In this document: positions 48,072-57,043 of the stretch, one piece after another
Layout: each line of letters begins with the position of its first letter
Position numbering within the stretch: position 1 is the stretch's first letter
Assembly (NCBI RefSeq): GCF_019968905.1
Contig: NZ_CP079946.1
Span: 5,665,356 to 5,729,355, forward strand
DNA: 64,000 nucleotides
Direction: 5' to 3'
Origin: Corallococcus sp. EGB
Lineage (GTDB): Bacteria > Myxococcota > Myxococcia > Myxococcales > Myxococcaceae
Notes under the pieces: model-generated
Told to the model about the DNA's origin: nothing
Database searches by the model: none
The model's input: only the letters and a program-made list of their open reading frames with translations
Position numbers and translations under genes: made by a program

Positions 48072-49640
48072 ATGACCACGATCATTGCCATCGGCCTGGG
48101 CACGGCGTGCCTGTTGCTCCTGGGGCTGTGGATTCAGAAGAGAAGCCAGCTGAAAGCAGTGCAGGAGCGCTTCAAGCCCATCCTGGACCTGGAGGCCGAA
48201 CGGCGCCGGGTCGCCGAGGAATTGACGAAAGCCCGAGCGGACGCGGACGCCGCGATGGCCTCTGAGCAGAAGCGGGTCCAGAACGAGCTGGCGAAGGCCC
48301 GGAGCGAGGCGGACAGTGCGCTGGCAACTGAACGGAAGCGGGTGGAGACCGAGCTCGCGAGGGCCAAGGCGGACGTGGAACAGGCCATCGCGGCGGAACA
48401 GAATCGGGCGAAGGCCGAGCTGAACCGACTCCGAGAAGAGACGACCCGGACGACGCAAAGCGCGACACGGGCCATGGAGGAGGCTGAAGCACGCCGGAAG
48501 CAGGCGAACGCCGAAAGGACCAGCCTGGAGACAGGCATTGCCCGGCTGAAGGCCGAGTTGAAGGTGCTGGAAGAGGAGGAGGTGCTGCTCTCCTTCGGCT
48601 TCTACAAGCCGGTGTACGCGCTCTCGTCCGTCAAGGAGTACGAGGACCGGCTGGAGAGGGTCCGCGAAGCACAGAAGCAGATGCTGAAGAACAAGGAGGC
48701 CGCCACGTGCTCCATGACGTGGGAGGTGAATGGGAGCAAGGCGGAGGGCAAGAAGCAGATCGACCGGACCTTGAAACTGATGCTCCGGGCCTTCAACGGC
48801 GAGGCGGATGCGTGTGTCGCCAAGGTCTCCTACAAGAACGTAAAGGCCATGGAGACGCGCATCGAGAAGGCGGCCGCCGCCATCAATGGTCTCGTGGAGA
48901 TCCAGAAGTGCGTCATCGCCAGACGCTACGTCAAGCTCAAGGTCGAGGAGCTGATGCTCGCGTACGAATACGCGGAGAAGGTGCAGCAGGAGCGGGATGA
49001 GCAGCGCCGCATCCGTGAGCAGATGCGTGAGGAGGAAGCGGCCCAGCGTGAGCTGGAGAAGGCGAAGCTGGAGGCGGAACGCGAGGCAAAACGTGACGCC
49101 GAGGCCCTGGCGAAGGCAAAAGCGGACTACGAGCAGGCCAAGGGCTCAGAACAGCAGAAGCTGATGGAGCGCATCGCGGAGCTGGAGCGCCGCGTGGCGG
49201 AGGACCTGGAGAAGCAGCGAGCCATCTCCCAGGCTCAGCTCACGAGAACGGGGCATGTCTACGTCATCTCGAACATCGGCTCATTTGGCGAGGGAATCTT
49301 CAAGCTGGGGATGACCCGGCGGCTGGTACCCCAGGACCGCATCGACGAACTGGGAGACGCCTCGGTGCCCTTCGAGTTCGACGTTCACGCCATCATCCGG
49401 ACCTCGGATGCACCGGGCTTGGAGAACGCCCTACACAAAGCCTTCGCGAACCGGCGCGTCAACCGCATCAACGAGCGCAAGGAGTTCTTCCGCTTCAGCC
49501 TGGATGAAATCGCGGATGCCGTGCGCAAGCACCATGGTGAGTTTGAGCTGACCCGGATTGCTGAAGCTGCGGAGTACAGAAAGTCACTGGCGTTGCAGGG
49601 AGAGGAGAAAAACAATCCCGGTCAAAAAACCGCCGCGTAG
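48072..49640 (+). CDS. Membrane-anchored coiled-coil protein with a DUF4041-like charged N-terminal region and a C-terminal T5orf172 (GIY-YIG-like) domain
   Basis: AGGAG RBS 6 nt upstream, 13 nt after the helicase stop. N-terminal TM helix MTTIIAIGLGTACLLLLGLWI. Three 22-aa repeats (ELxKARxxADxAxAxExKRVxxELA). The C-terminal HVYVISNIGSFGEGIFKLGMTRR...RIDELG matches T5orf172/MUG113. Confidence 0.85.
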   Translation: MTTIIAIGLGTACLLLLGLWIQKRSQLKAVQERFKPILDLEAERRRVAEELTKARADADAAMASEQKRVQNELAKARSEADSALATERKRVETELARAKADVEQAIAAEQNRAKAELNRLREETTRTTQSATRAMEEAEARRKQANAERTSLETGIARLKAELKVLEEEEVLLSFGFYKPVYALSSVKEYEDRLERVREAQKQMLKNKEAATCSMTWEVNGSKAEGKKQIDRTLKLMLRAFNGEADACVAKVSYKNVKAMETRIEKAAAAINGLVEIQKCVIARRYVKLKVEELMLAYEYAEKVQQERDEQRRIREQMREEEAAQRELEKAKLEAEREAKRDAEALAKAKADYEQAKGSEQQKLMERIAELERRVAEDLEKQRAISQAQLTRTGHVYVISNIGSFGEGIFKLGMTRRLVPQDRIDELGDASVPFEFDVHAIIRTSDAPGLENALHKAFANRRVNRINERKEFFRFSLDEIADAVRKHHGEFELTRIAEAAEYRKSLALQGEEKNNPGQKTAA

Positions 49641-49915
49641 TGAGTGAATCCTCAACAACCACACCCACTACCGTGACGGCCCTTGTTCTCCTGCCCTCCG
49701 ACGATGCGCCTCCTCCAGGCGTCTTGCGTTGGCTCATCTCCTGCGACGAATCCGGAACAGGCGGTTCACCCTCTTACGGCTTCGGGATGCTCTGGATGAA
49801 CTGGCAAAGGAGCGGGGGCTTCTCCGAACTGATCCGGAGTTCCGAAAGAAGTCCGGTGGGAGATTGACAAACGAGCGCCTGGGAGGGAACCGCGTCGTGT
49901 AGGGTCACTCGTGCC

Positions 49916-51673
49916 ATGACTCTTCACCGTTTCCTTGGGCTTCTGCTGGCGCTGCTTCCCCTCCATGTCGGCGCTGTCCCGATGCCCGCGGACCCGTTGG
50001 TGGGCATCTGGGGCAGTGAGCGCGTCCTGGGTCCTCAAGTCCGGGGTGAACTGACGCTGGTTCAGGATGGGAGCGCCTGGCGCGCTCGCATCGCGGGCTT
50101 CGACGTTCCTGCTCGGGTCGATGGCCGGAAGGTCTCTGTCGTCCTCCCCGGTAAGCAGGGCGAGCTGAGGGCGACGCTTCCAGAGAATGGCCAGAGCATC
50201 ACGGGCCACTGGATCCAGCCGCGCGTGCTCATGAGCGGCATGAAGTTCGCCAGCCCGGTGGAACTGCGCTCCCTTCAGCCCGGGGTCTGGCGCGGAGTCG
50301 TGGCACCACTGGAGGACCGGTTCTCGCTGTATCTCGTCGTCCAGAAGCAGCCGGATGGCTCCGTGACGGCGTTCATCCGCAACCCGGAGCGGAACTTCGG
50401 CAACCGGATGCTGTTCCGCGTGGAGCTCCAGGACCGCACGGTCCGGTTCACGTCCACGAAGGGAGGCACGCAGTTCGAAGGCACGTTCGACGCGCAGTCC
50501 GGACGGCTGTCCCTCCCCTACCCTCCGTTCGACACGACGTTCGACTTCACCCGCCGCGACCGCGCGCAGGCCGTGGGCCTCTATTCCCGTACTCCCGCTT
50601 CTGGCCCCTACGCCTACCAGAAGCCCGTCGCCGAGGACGACGGCTGGACCACGGCGGCTCCGGCCGACGTCGGCATGGACGTCCAACCGCTCCAGCAGCT
50701 CGTACAGCGCATCCTCGACCAGGAGCCCAGCCAGGAGCCCGTGCCCGCCATCCAGGGACTCCTCGTCGCCCGCCACGGGAAGCTGATCCTCGAAGAGTAC
50801 TTCCAGGGCTTCGACAAGGAGCGTCCCCATGACCCGCGCTCCTCCTCCAAGTCCTACGCATCCCTGCTCATCGGCATCGCCCTGGACCAGGGCGCCCCCT
50901 TCACCGTGGACACGCCCGTCGTCTCACTCTTCCCCGAGTACAAGGGCAAGCTCTCCAACCTGGACGCGCGCAAGCGCAAGCTCACCGTCGCGCACCTGAT
51001 GACCATGTCGACAGGCCTCGCCTGCGACGACGACGACCCGGCGTCTCCTGGAAATGAGGACCGCCTCAAGGACTCCGTACCGGATTGGTACAAGTACACG
51101 CTGGACCTCCCCATGGTCCGCGCTCCCGGCGAGAAGGCCGTGTACTGCTCCGCGAACATCAACCTGCTGGGCGGCGTCCTCCGCAACACCACCCGCATGT
51201 GGATTCCGGAGTTCTTCACCCAGAACGTCGCCACGCCACTCCAGATGCGCGGCTACCACCTCGACCTGATGCCCAACGGCGAGCAGTACCTGGGCGGCGG
51301 CATCTACATGCGGCCTCGCGACGCACTGAAGCTTGGCCAGCTCTACCTGTCCGGTGGCACCTGGAACGGCAAGCGCGTGGTCAGCCAGCGCTGGGTGGAA
51401 CGCTCCATCGCGAACCACGCCACCATGGAGCCCGGAAAGACCTATGGCTACACGTGGTGGCGCCACGAACTCCGTGTCGGCGACCGCGTGTATTCCGAGT
51501 ACGAGGCCAGTGGAAACGGCGGTCAGCTCGTGATGGTCGTCCCGGAGTTGGACCTCGCCGTGATGTTCACCGCGGCCAATTACAACCACGTCTCCATCTG
51601 GCGGAAGTTCCGCGAAGAGCTCCTCCCCCGCTTCATCATGGCCGCGGTCTCCGCGAACAACACGCAGCCCTGA
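49916..51673 (+). CDS. Beta-lactamase-family serine hydrolase (class C / PBP4*-like transpeptidase fold) with an N-terminal accessory domain
   Basis: Signal peptide. SxxK motif SSSKSY. YxN-like and KTG-like regions. 585 aa. Confidence 0.82.
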   Translation: MTLHRFLGLLLALLPLHVGAVPMPADPLVGIWGSERVLGPQVRGELTLVQDGSAWRARIAGFDVPARVDGRKVSVVLPGKQGELRATLPENGQSITGHWIQPRVLMSGMKFASPVELRSLQPGVWRGVVAPLEDRFSLYLVVQKQPDGSVTAFIRNPERNFGNRMLFRVELQDRTVRFTSTKGGTQFEGTFDAQSGRLSLPYPPFDTTFDFTRRDRAQAVGLYSRTPASGPYAYQKPVAEDDGWTTAAPADVGMDVQPLQQLVQRILDQEPSQEPVPAIQGLLVARHGKLILEEYFQGFDKERPHDPRSSSKSYASLLIGIALDQGAPFTVDTPVVSLFPEYKGKLSNLDARKRKLTVAHLMTMSTGLACDDDDPASPGNEDRLKDSVPDWYKYTLDLPMVRAPGEKAVYCSANINLLGGVLRNTTRMWIPEFFTQNVATPLQMRGYHLDLMPNGEQYLGGGIYMRPRDALKLGQLYLSGGTWNGKRVVSQRWVERSIANHATMEPGKTYGYTWWRHELRVGDRVYSEYEASGNGGQLVMVVPELDLAVMFTAANYNHVSIWRKFREELLPRFIMAAVSANNTQP

Positions 51674-51690
51674 TAGTCTCCACGGCCTTC

Positions 51691-52311
51691 ATGAACCGCT
51701 CCTGTGTCCTCCTCATCGCCCTGACGTGCGTCCTCGGCCTCTCTGCGTGCGGTCCCTATGACTGCACCCCGGAGAACTGCGCGGACGGGTGCTGCTCCGC
51801 GAACAACGAGTGCATCGGCTATCGCAGTGACTCCGAATGCGGCCCCAATGGCGGCCTCTGTGAATCCTGCGCGGAAGGCAGTGTCTGCCGGCTCGACCAG
51901 CGCGCCTGCTACGTCGGCGTGATGCGCACCCGCGTGCAGCCCCGCTACGCCGTCATCGCGGACGTCGACCCGGACACGGGCGAGGACTGGGACTCCGATG
52001 GCTCCCCGCCGGACGTCGTCGTGGAGATGGACTGCCCCTCTGCCTCCGGCCGCTCCCGCACCGAAGAGGACGAAAGCTGGGAGCCCGAGTGGTACAGCGG
52101 GAGCTGCACGGTCATCACCTCCAACCTGCTGCGCCATCCCCTCCAGATCTCCATCTTCGACAACGACCCCTTCACCTTCGATGACGCGTTCGGCGGCCTC
52201 TCCTACCAGGTCACCCGCGCGGACCTGAACCTGGGCCGCATCGAGCTCTCCCTTCTACCCATCGTGAAGACGCTCGTCATCGACCTGACCCACACCTATT
52301 CGCCGCAGTGA
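51691..52311 (+). CDS. Cys-rich lipoprotein of unknown function
   Basis: Lipobox LGLSACG. Twelve or more Cys in the first 70 residues. Acidic C-terminal half. Confidence 0.6.
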   Translation: MNRSCVLLIALTCVLGLSACGPYDCTPENCADGCCSANNECIGYRSDSECGPNGGLCESCAEGSVCRLDQRACYVGVMRTRVQPRYAVIADVDPDTGEDWDSDGSPPDVVVEMDCPSASGRSRTEEDESWEPEWYSGSCTVITSNLLRHPLQISIFDNDPFTFDDAFGGLSYQVTRADLNLGRIELSLLPIVKTLVIDLTHTYSPQ

Positions 52312-52367
52312 AACACCAACGGGCGGTCCCCTTCCGAGGGCCACCCGCCGGAGAACAACGCCCAGCA

Positions 52368-53408
52368 CTACCGCGTCGCGGACTTGCGGCGCATCAGGAA
52401 CACGCCCAGGCCCAGGCCCGCGGCCCACTTCGCAGCGGCGGCCAGCGGCGTCTTGCCCAGCGGCACTGGACGGCTCTCGTATTGAGGCTGCGGCGGAACG
52501 GGCCGGAAGTCCGTGGCGCCGGGCAGGTTCGCTCCGCGCTCCTCCGCCTCCGTCTTCGTCACGTTCGGTCCCGGTGCGTTCGGGTCTCGCTGGCCCGGCG
52601 ACTTCCCGTCCGGCGACTTGTGCTCCAGGACGCCGTTGATCTCCGCGCCCAGCAACACGACCATGCAGGAGATCTGCATCCACAGCAGCATCACGATGAC
52701 ACCGCCGATGGCGCCGTAGTTCACGTCATACGAGCCGAAGTTCGCCACGTACTTCGAGAAGCCCCACGACGCGAGCACCCAGATGATCACGCTCACCACC
52801 GACCCCGGCGTGATGAACTTGAACTTCTGCTTCACGTCCGGCAGCACGTAGTACAGCACCGCCAACAGCAGCATCATCAGCAGGCCCGCCACCGGCATGC
52901 GCGCCCACAGCACGATGCCGGTGAACGGCTCACCCAGCCTGTTCGCGACGGCCGGCGAGGCGATGGCCACGGCGGCCGACAAGACCACCGTGATGGCCGT
53001 GCCCAATGTCGTCAGCAGCGCGATGCCTCGCTTCTTCCAGAACGGGCGCTTGTCCGTGACGCCGTAGACCGTGTTGAGTGCCTCCATCAGCGCGACCACA
53101 CCGCTTGACGCCGCCCAGATGGCGCCCACGCCACCGATCGTCAGCAGCCCCACTGGATTGCTGCTCGCCAGCGCCTCCAGCCGCTCGCCCAGGATCTTCG
53201 TCACCTCCTGCGGCGCCACCTTCGACAGCTCCCGGATGAGCTGCTGCGCCTGGTGCGGATCGATGATCACACCGGCCAACGACACGAGGAACAGCAGGAA
53301 CGGGAAGAGCGCGAGGATGGCCTGGAACGTCAGCGCTCCCGCGACGTTGCTGATGTTGTCGCGTCCCCACTCGTCCTTGAGGGATACGAAGAACTCCTTC
53401 CAACTCAT
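52368..53408 (-). CDS. YihY/BrkB (virulence factor BrkB / RNase BN-like) family inner-membrane protein
   Basis: Start at MSWKEF. YihY family signature GALTFQAILALFPFLLFLVSL and six TM segments. Confidence 0.85.
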   Translation of the reverse strand: MSWKEFFVSLKDEWGRDNISNVAGALTFQAILALFPFLLFLVSLAGVIIDPHQAQQLIRELSKVAPQEVTKILGERLEALASSNPVGLLTIGGVGAIWAASSGVVALMEALNTVYGVTDKRPFWKKRGIALLTTLGTAITVVLSAAVAIASPAVANRLGEPFTGIVLWARMPVAGLLMMLLLAVLYYVLPDVKQKFKFITPGSVVSVIIWVLASWGFSKYVANFGSYDVNYGAIGGVIVMLLWMQISCMVVLLGAEINGVLEHKSPDGKSPGQRDPNAPGPNVTKTEAEERGANLPGATDFRPVPPQPQYESRPVPLGKTPLAAAAKWAAGLGLGVFLMRRKSATR

Positions 53409-53574
53409 TCCCCTGCCAGGCAGGACCATGCCGTCTCCTCCTCGAAGGAGATTGGGCATTCCATCCCCCGGCTGGCTTCCTCCCCCAGGACGAGGCCCGC
53501 CTCCCTGGCTGCTCACCGCGCAGGGAGCGTGAAATGACAAGCCCCCGCTCCACGCCTGCCCGCCCGCCCGGCTC

Positions 53575-54120
53575 TCAGTAGACGGGCAGCACGTGCGCGT
53601 CCTTCAGCCGGGGCGCGCGCTGATCCTTCGCGGACAGCAGCGGCTCCTTCACCGGCCAGGGGATGGCCAGCTCCGGATCATCCCAGGCGACGGCGCGCTC
53701 GGACTCCGGGGCATACAGCGTGGTGCACTTGTAGAAGAAGTCCGCGGACTCGCTCAGCACGCAGAACCCGTGCGCGAAGCCCGGCGGGATCCACAGCTGC
53801 CACTTGTTGCCCGACGACAGCTCCGCCCCCATCCACCGGCCGAACGTGGGAGAGCCCTTCCGCACGTCCACCACCACGTCCCAGACGGCGCCGGCCAGCA
53901 CCTGCACCAGCTTCCCCTGCCCGTTCGGCTCCTGGAAGTGCAGCCCCCTCAGCGTGCCCCGCACCGACCGCGACAGGTTGTCCTGCACGAAGGGGCCCGG
54001 GATGCCTGCATCCTGGTAGCGCTGCGCCTGGAACGTCTCCACGAAGAAGCCCCGCGAGTCCCCGAACACCCGAGGCTCCAGCAGCAGCACGCCCGGAAGC
54101 TCCGTCTCCTGGACCTTCAT
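53575..54120 (-). CDS. rmlC: dTDP-4-dehydrorhamnose 3,5-epimerase
   Basis: RmlC cupin motifs (RGLHFQ...[18 protein letters not shown]). ATGA overlap with rmlA. Confidence 0.95.
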   Translation of the reverse strand: MKVQETELPGVLLLEPRVFGDSRGFFVETFQAQRYQDAGIPGPFVQDNLSRSVRGTLRGLHFQEPNGQGKLVQVLAGAVWDVVVDVRKGSPTFGRWMGAELSSGNKWQLWIPPGFAHGFCVLSESADFFYKCTTLYAPESERAVAWDDPELAIPWPVKEPLLSAKDQRAPRLKDAHVLPVY

Positions 54121-54998
54121 GACGCCGTCCCCCGGTTCCCCAGGAGCGCCTTCAGGTACTGGCCGTAATCGTTCTTCAGCATGGGCTCCGCGAGCGCCTC
54201 CAGCCGTGCCTCGTCGATGTAGCCCATGCGGTAGGCGATCTCCTCGGGACAGGCGATCTTCAAGCCCTGGCGGCGCTCGATGATCTCGATGAACGACGAC
54301 GCCTGCATCAGTGATTCGTGCGTCCCGGTGTCCAGCCACGCGTAGCCGCGCCCCATCAATTCCACCGTGAGCTGATCGCGCCGCATGTACTCCGCGTTGA
54401 CGTCGGTGATCTCCAACTCGCCCCGCTTGCTGGGCTTCAGCCCGGCTGCGATGTCCAGCACCTGGTTGTCGTAGAAGTACAACCCCGTGACGGCGTAGTT
54501 GGACCGGGGCTTCGCGGGCTTCTCCTCGATGCTGATGGCCTTGTTGCCCGGCGCCAGCTCCACCACGCCGTAGCGCTGCGGATCCTTCACCTGGTAGCCG
54601 AACACCGTCGCACCGGACGGACGCCGCACCGCCCGCCGCACCAGCTCGCTCAGGCCATCCCCGTAGAAGATGTTGTCCCCCAGGATGAGCGACACCGAGT
54701 CCTTCCCCACGAAGTCCCGGCCAATGACGAACGCCTGCGCCAGCCCCTCCGGCCGAGGCTGCTCCGCGTACTCGAAGGACATGCCCCACTGCTTGCCGTC
54801 CCCCAACAGGTCGCGGAAGCGCGGCAGGTCCTGGGGCGTGGAGATGATCAACACCTCCCGGATGCCCGCCAGCATCAGCGTGGTCAGCGGGTAGTAGATC
54901 ATCGGCTTGTCGTAGACGGGGAGCAGCTGCTTGCTCACCACCAGTGTCAGCGGGTACAGGCGCGTCCCCGAGCCTCCCGCGAGGATGATTCCCTTCAT
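54117..54998 (-). CDS. rmlA: Glucose-1-phosphate thymidylyltransferase
   Basis: [18 protein letters not shown] signature. Confidence 0.95.
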   Translation of the reverse strand: MKGIILAGGSGTRLYPLTLVVSKQLLPVYDKPMIYYPLTTLMLAGIREVLIISTPQDLPRFRDLLGDGKQWGMSFEYAEQPRPEGLAQAFVIGRDFVGKDSVSLILGDNIFYGDGLSELVRRAVRRPSGATVFGYQVKDPQRYGVVELAPGNKAISIEEKPAKPRSNYAVTGLYFYDNQVLDIAAGLKPSKRGELEITDVNAEYMRRDQLTVELMGRGYAWLDTGTHESLMQASSFIEIIERRQGLKIACPEEIAYRMGYIDEARLEALAEPMLKNDYGQYLKALLGNRGTAS

Positions 54999-55909
54999 CG
55001 CGCCTCTCCGGCCCGGGCCTCGAGCCAGCTCGCGTGGAAGCGCTTCAGCGACTCGCCCAGCGCCAGCGGCTTCTCCGACAACTGCTCCCGCGCCTTGTCC
55101 GTCAGAAGGCCGCTCTTCAGTGGCCGGGGCGCCGACAGCTTCAGGTCCGCCATCCGCGTGGGGACCACCAGTCCCGAGTCGAAGCCGAACACCTCGCACA
55201 GCGCCCGCCCGAAGGCCACGCGGTCCAGCACCGTCCCGCCGCAGGTGTTCCACGTCCCGCCCAGCCGCCGCTCGCCCAGCTCCACCAGCATCGCGGCCAC
55301 GTTGTCCGCGAAGCTCGGGGACACCACCTGGTCCTCGAAGAGCTTCGCCTGCTGACCCGCCGACAGCGTCTTCACCAGCCACGCGCCGAAGTTGAGCCGC
55401 CCCTCCACCGGAGGCCAGCCATACACCACCGCGGTCCGAGCAATCGCGCATCCAGGCGAGAGCACGCGCGCGGCCTGTTCGCCCATGTGCTTCGTCACCG
55501 CGTAGACGCCGCGCGGGTTCGGCACCGCGTCCTCGGCATACGGACCCGCGTCACCGTCGAAGACGTAGTCGGTGGACACATGCACCAGGTGCGCGCCGGC
55601 CTCGCGCGTCCAGCGGGCCAGCGCCGCCGTGGCGGTGACGTTCGCGGCGTAGGCGGCCTCGGGCGCCTTCTCGCAGGCGTCCACCTCCGTCATCGACGCG
55701 CAGTGCAGGACGACCTCGGGCGACAGCCGGCCCAGCACGGGCGCGACTTCCGCCTCGTGCGTGAGGTCCAGCGTCTCGTAGTCGAACGCACCCGCCACAC
55801 GGCGCGGGCCCTTGCCCAGCCCCACCACCGCGTGGCCCCGCGACGCGAGCAGCGCGCACGCGCGGCGGCCCACCAGTCCATTCGCTCCCGTGACGACGAA
55901 GCGGCTCAT
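54995..55909 (-). CDS. rmlD: dTDP-4-dehydrorhamnose reductase
   Basis: VTGANGLVG Rossmann motif and the YAVTK catalytic motif. 4-nt overlaps at both ends. Confidence 0.9.
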   Translation of the reverse strand: MSRFVVTGANGLVGRRACALLASRGHAVVGLGKGPRRVAGAFDYETLDLTHEAEVAPVLGRLSPEVVLHCASMTEVDACEKAPEAAYAANVTATAALARWTREAGAHLVHVSTDYVFDGDAGPYAEDAVPNPRGVYAVTKHMGEQAARVLSPGCAIARTAVVYGWPPVEGRLNFGAWLVKTLSAGQQAKLFEDQVVSPSFADNVAAMLVELGERRLGGTWNTCGGTVLDRVAFGRALCEVFGFDSGLVVPTRMADLKLSAPRPLKSGLLTDKAREQLSEKPLALGESLKRFHASWLEARAGEAR

Positions 55910-56928
55910 GCTCCGTGCCCCCGGCGCGCCAGCGTCACGGTGCTCCGGTACGCACCGCTCATCACGCGCTCCCACCACTCCGGGTGGTCCACATACCAGC
56001 GCACCGTGTCCACGAGCCCCTCCTCGAAGGAATGCACGGGCGCCCAGCCCAGCTCGCGCCGGGACTTCGACGGGTCGATGGCGTAGCGGCGGTCATGCCC
56101 CGGCCGGTCCGTGACGAACTCGATCAGCGACTCGGGTTTCTCCAACGCCGCGAGGATGCCCTTCACCAGGTCCAGGTTCTTGCGCTCCGCCCCGCCGCCC
56201 AGGTTGTAGACCTGCCCCGCCCGTCCGCGCTCCAGCGCGAGGAGCAGCCCCTGGCAGTGGTCCTCCACGTGCAGCCAGTCGCGCACGTGCTGGCCGTCGC
56301 CGTAGACGGGCAGCGGCTGGTCGCGGAGCGCGTTCACCACCATCCTCGGGATGAGCTTCTCCGGGAACTGGTAGCGCCCGTAGTTGTTCGAACAGCGCGT
56401 CACCACCACGTCCATGGCGTACGTGTGGTGGTACGCCAGCGCCAGCAGGTCCGCGCCCGTCTTGGACGCCGAATAGGGACTGGAGGGCTGTAGGGGCGAT
56501 CCTTCCGTGAAGGCTCCGGACGGCCCCAGCGAGCCGTACACCTCGTCGGTGGAGCACTGCACGAACCGGCGCACGCCGCGCGCGCGGCAGGACTCCAGCA
56601 GGACCTGCGTGCCCAGGACGTTGGTGGTGACGAAGACGGAGGGCCCCTCGATGGAGCGGTCCACGTGGCTCTCCGCGGCCAGATGGAGGACGCAGTCGAT
56701 GGCGTGCTCCTGGAGCACCCGGTCCACGCACTCGCGGTCGCACACGTCGCCCCGCACGAAGACATGGCGCGGGTCGTCCTCCAGCCCGGCGAGGTTCTCC
56801 AGGTTGCCCGCGTAGGTGAGCCGGTCCAGGTTGACGACCCTCCATTCCGGCCGCGCGCGGAGGAGGAAGCGGACCAGGTTGGACCCGATGAAGCCGCACC
56901 CTCCCGTGACCAGGACGTTCGTTGACAT
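55906..56928 (-). CDS. rmlB: dTDP-glucose 4,6-dehydratase
   Basis: VTGGCGFIGSN motif, YSASK catalytic motif, and HLAAESHVDRS. Confidence 0.95.
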   Translation of the reverse strand: MSTNVLVTGGCGFIGSNLVRFLLRARPEWRVVNLDRLTYAGNLENLAGLEDDPRHVFVRGDVCDRECVDRVLQEHAIDCVLHLAAESHVDRSIEGPSVFVTTNVLGTQVLLESCRARGVRRFVQCSTDEVYGSLGPSGAFTEGSPLQPSSPYSASKTGADLLALAYHHTYAMDVVVTRCSNNYGRYQFPEKLIPRMVVNALRDQPLPVYGDGQHVRDWLHVEDHCQGLLLALERGRAGQVYNLGGGAERKNLDLVKGILAALEKPESLIEFVTDRPGHDRRYAIDPSKSRRELGWAPVHSFEEGLVDTVRWYVDHPEWWERVMSGAYRSTVTLARRGHGA

Positions 56929-57043
56929 GGACCCAACCTCGGGAATGCGTGGGCCGCCCTGGCTACTGTGAGGAGGCCCCTCCGTCAAGGCACGTCGGGC
57001 GCCCTTGTAAGGGCGGCCGGGACGGTTGTAAGGGAACGCGCGC

